Assembly (NCBI GenBank): GCA_049303675.1
Contig: JBAQNJ010000001.1
Span: 821,443 to 885,442, forward strand
Source: Microgenomates group bacterium
Lineage (GTDB): Bacteria > Patescibacteriota > Microgenomatia > UBA12405
DNA: 64,000 bases
Direction of reading: 5' to 3'
Below are positions 9,741 through 15,807 of the stretch, one piece after another. Numbering within the stretch: the first letter of the stretch is position 1; every line of letters starts with the position of its first letter. The position numbers and the translations under genes were made by a program. The notes below the pieces were generated by a model. The model was not told the origin of the DNA and did not search any database. It was given only the letters and a program-made list of their open reading frames with translations.

Positions 9741-11264
9741 TTAATAATTTGGCAAACTCGGCACTGGCAAGCTCCCCCAATGTGCCATTAAGTAAGGAAA
9801 AGCTACTTCATTGTATATAAATATCCGATAAATTAGATATCCAAAAAACAACCACCAGATATATCTTACTAGCCCTACTTTCGGCCACCTCAGTCTCATC
9901 CCCAAAATCACTATAAACACAAAAAATATATTTCGATAATGGCCAATGCTCGGTACCAAATTTAGAGCCTCTCTTCCCCAGTAATAAGAGCTCGAAAAAG
10001 GAACTAGGAAAAAAGCGATCCCTTTTGCCCAGTTCGGTTTTTGCATAATTTCCCAGATAAATATTCCACTACACGCAGCCAAAAAGGGGATTGACGACAT
10101 CAAATACCATGGATAGTTTGGACTAGGAACCAACAATATTGTCAATAAATGAGCTGCCAGTGGCAAGGTAATAAACAGCACTTTCTTTACCCTTATTCTT
10201 AAAGAAATAATAAAAAAAGAAATCCATCCCCATATCCACCATCCATCAACCGGAAAATTCTTCAGTTTGAGAGCTTCCAATTGGGTCACCATTTTAATAG
10301 CTCCAAAATAACCTCGATGACTGTTGGTAGCAAAAATAGCCACAAACAAATCTTTTTGCAGCCACAAACCCCAACTGATATAAATCAGAATAGGTACGGC
10401 CACCGCCGTCAAAAATATAAAGATGTTTTTGTAAGGGAGTTTATACACTCCCATCAATATTACCAATCCACCCAAAAAACCGATTGCCGGCTCTTTGGTC
10501 AACACTGCCATTCCCCCAATTATTCCCGCCACTATTAGTGTGGCAGTTTCGTAAGCCATACTTTTTCTCTTTTCATATCCCTCAATCGACAAATACACAA
10601 AAATCAAACTCATCAATATCAGTGGCGATACCGCGTTTTCCAAATAAGCCGTTCTCGTGGCCAAGATATAGGTAGGCACGGTTGAGTAGACAATCAGTGC
10701 TATTAAGGGAACCCAAGGATTCCCGTATAACATTAATAATAGTATATACAATAAGCCACCAGTAATAACTGCCATAACTATGGCTGATTTTCTAAAATCA
10801 GCCGGTCTCACTGCCTCCACTGTCTCAACATTATCAGGCATGCCCCATTCATATATCATTCCCCCAATTGGCGGATGATCAAAAAATGGAGCCACCATCA
10901 ATATTTGCTCCTTACCTTTTAAGTAATCGAGCTCTACTACCCCTGTCAATGGTTTTCTGTCTTGTAAAAATTTATTTAAGTCAACATTATCTATCGAGAA
11001 TCCTCCCACTTCCCCTCGAATTGATCCAAACAATTTATTGCCATATTCCCCCGAGTTTAGCGACCAAGCCATTGGCAGACCAGTCTTTTTGAGACTTATT
11101 GCCTGCCAAATATAGTTGTATTCATCAAGGTTGGGCAGAGGATATGTCTCATAATTAAAATATCTCAAAACCAAGCTATGTTTGGATACTAAAATAGCCA
11201 AAAAAATACTCAAAACAAAAAAAATATACCCCCGATATTTCAACCACATACCCAATATTATCAA
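9741..11264 (-). CDS. GT-C fold membrane glycosyltransferase (ArnT/PMT-like, GT39/83)
   Basis: ~12 predicted TM helices; first periplasmic loop carries 'LDEYNY' (DE motif). Confidence 0.5.
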   Translation of the reverse strand: MIILGMWLKYRGYIFFVLSIFLAILVSKHSLVLRYFNYETYPLPNLDEYNYIWQAISLKKTGLPMAWSLNSGEYGNKLFGSIRGEVGGFSIDNVDLNKFLQDRKPLTGVVELDYLKGKEQILMVAPFFDHPPIGGMIYEWGMPDNVETVEAVRPADFRKSAIVMAVITGGLLYILLLMLYGNPWVPLIALIVYSTVPTYILATRTAYLENAVSPLILMSLIFVYLSIEGYEKRKSMAYETATLIVAGIIGGMAVLTKEPAIGFLGGLVILMGVYKLPYKNIFIFLTAVAVPILIYISWGLWLQKDLFVAIFATNSHRGYFGAIKMVTQLEALKLKNFPVDGWWIWGWISFFIISLRIRVKKVLFITLPLAAHLLTILLVPSPNYPWYLMSSIPFLAACSGIFIWEIMQKPNWAKGIAFFLVPFSSSYYWGREALNLVPSIGHYRNIFFVFIVILGMRLRWPKVGLVRYIWWLFFGYLIYRIFIYNEVAFPYLMAHWGSLPVPSLPNY

Positions 11265-11332
11265 ACTTGTTAGCTCAGTGGAACGATTTTCGAACTAAAA
11301 CCAATTTATCGGTGTGTAATTAAAAAGGAAAA

Positions 11333-11674
11333 TTATTCTTCCGGTTCCTGCATTAGCGTTTTTATTTTACCTATGATCGCTTCTCGTGGAATTCCGGTCG
11401 CAAACAACATTGCACCAATCTGAGGATAAGCAGACCATCTTTGATATATTCTCGCTTCCACTGAAGATTCATCTGGCGTAGTACCGGCAACACCATCTAA
11501 GAATCTTACGACAGGACCATCAAAGTCTGGCTTAGAAGCAGTAGCTACCCAAGATTTTAGATCATTATCTAACCATTCTAATTCTTGTCTGTTTAATGCA
11601 GCACCAATATCTCCTTGGCGGACTAATTTAGTAACTTCCTTGTATCTCTCCCATGGTGGAATAAAATCTGTCAT
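11333..11674 (-). CDS. hypothetical protein (113 aa)
   Basis: ORF with local GC seemingly above surroundings; no motif recognised. Confidence 0.35.
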   Translation of the reverse strand: MTDFIPPWERYKEVTKLVRQGDIGAALNRQELEWLDNDLKSWVATASKPDFDGPVVRFLDGVAGTTPDESSVEARIYQRWSAYPQIGAMLFATGIPREAIIGKIKTLMQEPEE

Positions 11675-11785
11675 ATTATCAGTAATTATATCTTATAATG
11701 TTATAAAGTCAACAACAAACTAAGAAATAAATTTTAAAACCAAATATAACCTGTCCTAAGGACTTATTTTAAAATTTTTCTTAAG

Positions 11786-11856
11786 TTACCCTGCATGGAT
11801 TCGAACCACAATAAACAGCTCCAAAGGCTGTTGTCCTACCATTAGACGACAGGGTA
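11786..11856 (-). tRNA. tRNA-Gln (anticodon TTG)
   Basis: rc: TACCCTGTCGTCTAATGGTAGGACAACAGC-CTTTGGA-GCTGT...GGTTCGAATCCATGCAGGGTAA; U1:A72 as in many tRNA-Gln. Confidence 0.7.
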
Positions 11857-11860
11857 AAGG

Positions 11861-11942
11861 TGCCGACGAGAGGACTTGAACCTCCACACCTTGCGGCATA
11901 CGCACCTCAAGCGTACGTGTATACCAATTTCACCACGTCGGC
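11861..11942 (-). tRNA. tRNA-Leu (anticodon GAG)
   Basis: rc: GCCGACGTGGTGAAATTGGTATACACGTACGC-TTGAGGT-GCGTA + long variable arm + GGAGGTTCAAGTCCTCTCGTCGGCA. Confidence 0.8.
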
Positions 11943-11964
11943 AGATTGTTAAAAGAGCTCTATA

Positions 11965-12186
11965 TTATACATCCTTTCTCTCTCTACTTATCACCACCAA
12001 GTCACCTTCGCTAAGTTGGCCAGAGATGACACCTTTACCTCTCTCCATTTGAGCAAGGTCTGTTTTTTCAAATCTTTTTACAAGTGGTAACGGATCGCCG
12101 ACATTTGTATAACCTAGACTATATAAATAATCTCTCAAGGAAAATTTTCCGATACAATTATAGATAATTTTTGAATTTTCTATCAT
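11965..12186 (-). CDS. small hypothetical protein (~73 aa); paralog of 12341..12568
   Basis: ORF 11965..12279 truncated to the internal Met because its N-terminus is a translation of tRNA-Val; C-terminus '...GDLVVISRERKDV' is shared with the neighbouring paralog. Confidence 0.4.
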   Translation of the reverse strand: MIENSKIIYNCIGKFSLRDYLYSLGYTNVGDPLPLVKRFEKTDLAQMERGKGVISGQLSEGDLVVISRERKDV

Positions 12187-12188
12187 AG

Positions 12189-12261
12189 TGGCCGCTGAGG
12201 GACTCGAACCCCCGACCACCCCGATGTAAACGGGATGCTCTACCAACTGAGCTAAGCAGCC
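12189..12261 (-). tRNA. tRNA-Val (anticodon TAC)
   Basis: rc: GGCTGCTTAGCTCAGTTGGTAGAGCATCCCG-TTTACAT-CGGGG...GGGGGTTCGAGTCCCTCAGCGGCCA. Confidence 0.8.
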
Positions 12262-12340
12262 AAAGTGTGAAGTTGCCAACTGTGGGGTTTATCCCCAGTC
12301 CGAATGCTTTCGGACAGCTAAGCAGCCATGCTGCTGTATT

Positions 12341-12568
12341 TTACCAATCTTTATGTTCTCTGACTATTACCACCTGTCCTGCCTCAACGTGTTCAGGATA
12401 ATCAATTTTCTCTCTTCTCAAACCTGTAGCCCGCAATACATATGCCTCACCACTTTTAACATCCATAACTCCTACTCTCACAGAAAAATCCCCCAAACAC
12501 ACATCCAAAATTGCATCACACAAGCTTGATACCTTCATCTCTACGGCATTTGTTACACCCTTAATCAT
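12341..12568 (-). CDS. small hypothetical protein (75 aa); paralog of 11965..12186
   Basis: ORF; C-terminus '...AGQVVIVREHKDW' and ~60% nucleotide identity over the last ~40 nt with the neighbouring paralog. Confidence 0.4.
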   Translation of the reverse strand: MIKGVTNAVEMKVSSLCDAILDVCLGDFSVRVGVMDVKSGEAYVLRATGLRREKIDYPEHVEAGQVVIVREHKDW

Positions 12569-12571
12569 CTG

Positions 12572-12595
12572 AGCGAGAGACGGGACTCGAACCCG
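12572..12595 (-). pseudogene. tRNA-Gly 3' fragment (T-arm plus 3' acceptor), exact duplicate of the 3' end of tRNA-Gly(GCC) at 12866..12939
   Basis: rc 'CGGGTTCGAGTCCCGTCTCTCGCTC' identical to the 3' 25 nt of the intact gene; upstream sequence does not fold into D or anticodon arms. Confidence 0.55.
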
Positions 12596-12610
12596 TTGGC
12601 AGCCTGTCGC

Positions 12611-12862
12611 CTAAGGCGACTGCTCAACCAATTTAACTTTTAACCACTCACGACCCTTACCAGACTTTAAAGACTTTTCTCTTCTTAAGGCATCTATTCT
12701 CGTTGGCATATTTTCACCATAAATTAAATCAAATGGAAAAGTTAGTGAAGTATATTTGGATTTACCAGAATTATGTTCCGACATTCTTCTTTCAATATCG
12801 TTTGTCTGGCCTACATATAGTCGATTGTTTACCCGACTTTTAAGTACGTATACAGTAAACAT
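12611..12862 (-). CDS. GIY-YIG nuclease family protein (UPF0213/YhbQ-like)
   Basis: 'FTVYVLKSRVNNRLYVGQTNDIERRMSEHNSGKSKY' motif; paralog of 9479..9739. Confidence 0.75.
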   Translation of the reverse strand: MFTVYVLKSRVNNRLYVGQTNDIERRMSEHNSGKSKYTSLTFPFDLIYGENMPTRIDALRREKSLKSGKGREWLKVKLVEQSP

Positions 12863-12865
12863 TCT

Positions 12866-12939
12866 GAGCGAGAGACGGGACTCGAACCCGCAGCCTTCTC
12901 CTTGGCAAGGAGATGCTCAACCAATTGAGCTACTCTCGC
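12866..12939 (-). tRNA. tRNA-Gly (anticodon GCC)
   Basis: rc: GCGAGAGTAGCTCAATTGGTTGAGCATCTCC-TTGCCAA-GGAGA AGGCTGCGGGTTCGAGTCCCGTCTCTCGCT. Confidence 0.85.
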
Positions 12940-12943
12940 AATT

Positions 12944-12974
12944 CAGTTAACAGATTTCAGTTAACCGTTTACAG
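12944..12974. repeat. GTTAAC-core repeat, left flank of four-helix-bundle gene: CAGTTAACAG-ATTT-CAGTTAACCGTTTACAG
   Basis: read directly. Confidence 0.65.
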
Positions 12975-13344
12975 TTTTTAGCGACCTTATCAAACCGTAG
13001 AGTATTTTACCAGTTAAATCAGCCTGTGTTAATACCGGATTTACATCAAGTTTCGGATACAATTTATTAATAATTTTACATATTGCGACCACCTCAACCA
13101 GTGACTTTCTCGATATGCCCAAAAACTTAATGAAATCTCTTCTGCTGTCAGAAGCACTACCTTCAGCAATATTAATTGCCACCGATGTTGACGCTCTCCT
13201 GATCTGATCACCTAGACCATGCACTTCAAAACTAGGCAACAAAGTATGTAAAAGATATGAAAACTCTACTAACCTTACGGACTCTTCCCACACTTTTAAC
13301 TTTTCAAAATTCTGCATTTTCCTCTGTATACTGTTAACTGCCAT
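12961..13344 (-). CDS. four-helix-bundle protein (TIGR02436 / '23S rRNA intervening-sequence protein' family)
   Basis: 'LKVWEESVRL...LP..E.HGLGDQIRRASTSVAINIAEGS...FLGISRKSLVEV' family signature. Confidence 0.75.
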   Translation of the reverse strand: MAVNSIQRKMQNFEKLKVWEESVRLVEFSYLLHTLLPSFEVHGLGDQIRRASTSVAINIAEGSASDSRRDFIKFLGISRKSLVEVVAICKIINKLYPKLDVNPVLTQADLTGKILYGLIRSLKTVNG

Positions 13345-13359
13345 CCGTTAACTGTTTAG
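13331..13359. repeat. GTTAAC-core repeat, right flank of four-helix-bundle gene: CTGTTAACTG-CCATC-CGTTAACTGTTTAG (direct orientation relative to the left flank)
   Basis: read directly. Confidence 0.65.
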
Positions 13360-13432
13360 TGCCGAAAGTTGGACTCGAACCAACATCCCAGGTTTTTCAG
13401 ACCAGTGCCGTGACCATCTTGGCTATTTCGGC
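13360..13432 (-). tRNA. tRNA-Phe (anticodon GAA), copy 1
   Basis: rc: GCCGAAATAGCCAAGATGGTCACGGCACTGGT-CTGAAAA-ACCTG GGAT GTTGGTTCGAGTCCAACTTTCGGCA; anticodon stem has one U.U mismatch; 73/73 identical to the copy at 39464..39536. Confidence 0.65.
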
Positions 13433-13513
13433 TTAAGAAGTATTTGTATTATACAAAATAAAAATATTTTTGTTCTACTGTATTCTATCAACAGTTAACT
13501 GTTCGCTGTCGAG

Positions 13514-13595
13514 TGCCGTTGAGAGGACTTGAACCTCCACGCCTTGCGGCATACGCTTCTGAGACGTACGTGTATACCAATTTCACCACAACGGC
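13514..13595 (-). tRNA. tRNA-Leu (anticodon CAG)
   Basis: rc: GCCGTTGTGGTGAAATTGGTATACACGTACGT-CTCAGAA-GCGTA + long variable arm + GGAGGTTCAAGTCCTCTCAACGGCA. Confidence 0.8.
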
Positions 13596-13643
13596 AAATC
13601 AAGGTATTATCTCACGAAACAAATTCAGTTTTTATCTTTACAA

Positions 13644-14186
13644 CTATTTAATAACATCCTCAAACAGTTCTTTAGCGCTAAACACTAATGGCAATTTTAA
13701 AACCTCTTCACGAGTAAACCATTTTGCCTCAATTACTTTACTCTCAACATCATCTCTAGTTTCAGTTGTTTCAGATATAGTTTCAAAAAAGAAAATCACT
13801 CCATGATAATTATATTTTGGTGCAATTGCCTCTCTGAAGACTAAGAAACTTAGTTCCTTAGCCACAATTCCAGTTTCTTCCAATATCTCTCTTTTAGCCG
13901 CAATCTCCAGAGTTTCTCCAAATTCAACCTTACCTCCTGGTATTATCCAATAATCCTTGCCTCCTTCTAATGTTTCCCTAACTAACAAGAACTTGTTTTT
14001 ATTTCTTACCAACACGCCAACTATTACTTTTGGTTTCCTTTTTATCATTTCTAACTGAATCTTAGGCGGAATCGGCCGACAACTACACTCTCGGTTGTGA
14101 TCCGTATGCCACTGAATTCTCTCGTTCAAACTTGCCTTTTTAGGCATCTTGTTCTTCTGGTGCCACTCTTTATTTATCTTCGCCAT
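13644..14186 (-). CDS. NUDIX hydrolase with N-terminal Cys/His-containing extension
   Basis: Nudix box 'GGKVEFGETLEIAAKREILEETG'. Confidence 0.8.
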   Translation of the reverse strand: MAKINKEWHQKNKMPKKASLNERIQWHTDHNRECSCRPIPPKIQLEMIKRKPKVIVGVLVRNKNKFLLVRETLEGGKDYWIIPGGKVEFGETLEIAAKREILEETGIVAKELSFLVFREAIAPKYNYHGVIFFFETISETTETRDDVESKVIEAKWFTREEVLKLPLVFSAKELFEDVIK

Positions 14187-14218
14187 TATTTATTTTATAC
14201 CACTCTCTTTATCTCATC

Positions 14219-14292
14219 TGGAGCGGGATGGGGGAGTCGAACCCCCCATATCAGTTTGGAAAACTGAAGTTATACCGATTAACTAATCCCGC
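14219..14292 (-). tRNA. tRNA-Gly (anticodon TCC), CCA encoded
   Basis: rc: GCGGGATTAGTTAATCGGTATAACTTCAGT-TTTCCAA-ACTGA...GGGGGGTTCGACTCCCCCATCCCGCTCCA. Confidence 0.8.
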
Positions 14293-14382
14293 AACGTACA
14301 AATTACTTCATAATTTTACGTTGCAGAAACGTTAATTTGCAAAGCAAATTTTACGTTTCGCAAAATAAATTAAGGTGCAATC

Positions 14383-14442
14383 TAAGTCGGGCTATGCCTA
14401 GACTAAGTTCATAAGACATAGTCGGGCTACGCCTCGACAAAG
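14383..14442. repeat. two tandem ~24-bp direct repeats (TAAGTCGGGCTA[T/C]GCCT[A/C]GAC[T/A]AAG) between tRNA-Gly and tRNA-Pro
   Basis: read directly: 14383..14407 and 14419..14442. Confidence 0.6.
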
Positions 14443-14458
14443 CTCGTAGAGAGCGAAG

Positions 14459-14532
14459 TCGGGGATACTGGATTCGAACCAGCAACCTCACGGTCCCAAA
14501 CCGTGCGCGCTAGCCAATTGCGCCAATCCCCG
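14459..14532 (-). tRNA. tRNA-Pro (anticodon TGG)
   Basis: rc: CGGGGATTGGCGCAATTGGCTAGCGCGCACGG-TTTGGGA-CCGTG...GCTGGTTCGAATCCAGTATCCCCGA. Confidence 0.8.
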
Positions 14533-14557
14533 TTGCTCGTGTATTTTACACGAATTG

Positions 14558-14642
14558 TGCCGCCAGAGGGGATCGAACCCCCACGCTTGTTGAGAGCACA
14601 AGATTTTAAGTCTTGCGTGTATACCAATTTCACCATGGCGGC
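14558..14642 (-). tRNA. tRNA-Leu (anticodon TAA)
   Basis: rc: GCCGCCATGGTGAAATTGGTATACACGCAAGA-CTTAAAA-TCTTG + long variable arm + GGGGGTTCGATCCCCTCTGGCGGCA. Confidence 0.8.
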
Positions 14643-14691
14643 TAATTGTAGAATGTATTATATAATCAAAAGAACAATTTCCCAACAACCA

Positions 14692-15807
14692 ATGAGCAAA
14701 CCCCAATTCTTTAAAACCACCACCGGACTTCATATACCACTGCCAGTATTTTTCCCCGACGCTACCCGAGCCGTTCTCAAAACCCTCGACAGTGCCGATA
14801 TTGAGTCCACCAAAACTCAAGGAATACTAGTCAATACTTTTCATCTCAACAATTTCCCCGGAGGATCGGTTATAAAAGAACACAAAGGTGTCCGCAACTT
14901 TATGTCATGGAGTGGGGGAGTTATCTCCGATTCCGGTGGCTTCCAAGTTATGTCACTTGCCAAAACCCACGATGGCACCAAAAACCCAGTTTCTGACAAA
15001 GGAGTCAACTTTAAAATCCCCGGAACCAGCAAGAAAATTCTTTTTACCCCCAAAATGAGTATCGATTTTCAAATGCTTCTCAAAACTGATATGGTAGTAG
15101 TGCTTGACGATTTTACCGATCTTCAGGCCAACGAGGCCAAGCAACGAGAAACTGTCGAACGAACCGTTACTTGGGCGCGAGTTTGTAAAAAAATATTTGA
15201 CAAAAATTGCTCTGATCGCAAAATATCACCTGAATCTCGACCCTACTTACTCGGGGTTGTTCAGGGTGGTCACAACTTAGAATTACGTCGAGAATGTACC
15301 CAAAGATTGGTCGAAATTGGCTTTGATGGACTGGGCTATGGCGGTTGGCCCATGACCGACGATGGCGAATTTAATTTTGAAATACCCCGAGTTATTGGCG
15401 AAAATGTCCCCGATGATTATTTGCTCTATGGTCTAGGAGTAGGCAAACCACATGAAATAGTCCACATGGTCAAAATGGGCTGGAATGTCTTTGACTGTGT
15501 CCTACCCACTCGTGATGCCCGCCACAAACGACTCTATGTTTATGATGCCAAAACAATTGATGACATCGACTTGTCTACCGATAAATTTTATAAATATTTT
15601 GTCCCCGACAAGGAAATTCATTATCATGACCGCAATCCTGTCAGTACCGCCTGTGATTGTCTACTTTGCACTCGTTACGATCGTTCTTATCTTCGCCACC
15701 TATTTCAAATCGGCGATATGACAGCGGGCCGCCTCGCCACTATTCACAATCTACGTTTTTATTCTATTCTCATGGAGAAGCTACAACCAATTTATGAAAA
15801 AATTTAA
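14692..15807 (+). CDS. tgt: queuine tRNA-ribosyltransferase (tRNA-guanine transglycosylase)
   Basis: start trimmed to 'MSKPQFF' (ORF 14503.. overlaps three tRNAs); 'LYGLGVGKPHEIVHMVKMGWNVFDCVLPTRDARHKRLYV' and zinc site 'CDCLLCTRYDRSYLRHLF' (CxCxxC...H). Confidence 0.85.
   Translation: MSKPQFFKTTTGLHIPLPVFFPDATRAVLKTLDSADIESTKTQGILVNTFHLNNFPGGSVIKEHKGVRNFMSWSGGVISDSGGFQVMSLAKTHDGTKNPVSDKGVNFKIPGTSKKILFTPKMSIDFQMLLKTDMVVVLDDFTDLQANEAKQRETVERTVTWARVCKKIFDKNCSDRKISPESRPYLLGVVQGGHNLELRRECTQRLVEIGFDGLGYGGWPMTDDGEFNFEIPRVIGENVPDDYLLYGLGVGKPHEIVHMVKMGWNVFDCVLPTRDARHKRLYVYDAKTIDDIDLSTDKFYKYFVPDKEIHYHDRNPVSTACDCLLCTRYDRSYLRHLFQIGDMTAGRLATIHNLRFYSILMEKLQPIYEKI

Noticed and set aside
11965-12279. N-terminal 31 codons of the tracked 104-aa ORF (MATSHFGCLAQLVEHPVYIGVVGGSSPS…)
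   Set aside because: They are a translation of tRNA-Val(TAC); the real CDS, if any, starts at the internal Met (12186).
12598-12625. Possibility that the tRNA-Gly 3' fragment plus upstream sequence is a second, intron-containing or divergent tRNA gene
   Set aside because: Tried to fold it: the acceptor would need GTGAGTG/CTCTCGC with a U.U mismatch, and no D stem or 7-nt anticodon loop can be formed. The GCAGTCGCC…GGCGACAGGCTGC hairpin has a 3-nt loop. Treated as a fragment.
12756-12950. ORF 12756..12950(+) and ORF 13513..13806(+)
   Set aside because: They are antisense to and overlap tRNA-Gly, the GIY-YIG gene, tRNA-Leu(CAG) and the NUDIX gene; products of tRNA-array composition.
14427-14820. 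ORFs 14427..14636(-), 14488..14820(-) and the first 63 codons of 14503..15807(+)
   Set aside because: They overlap tRNA-Pro and tRNA-Leu(TAA) and the tgt N-terminal region. Peptides like 'VPPEGIEPPRLLRAQDFKSCVYTNFTMAA' are tRNA read-throughs. tgt starts at MSKPQFF (14692).
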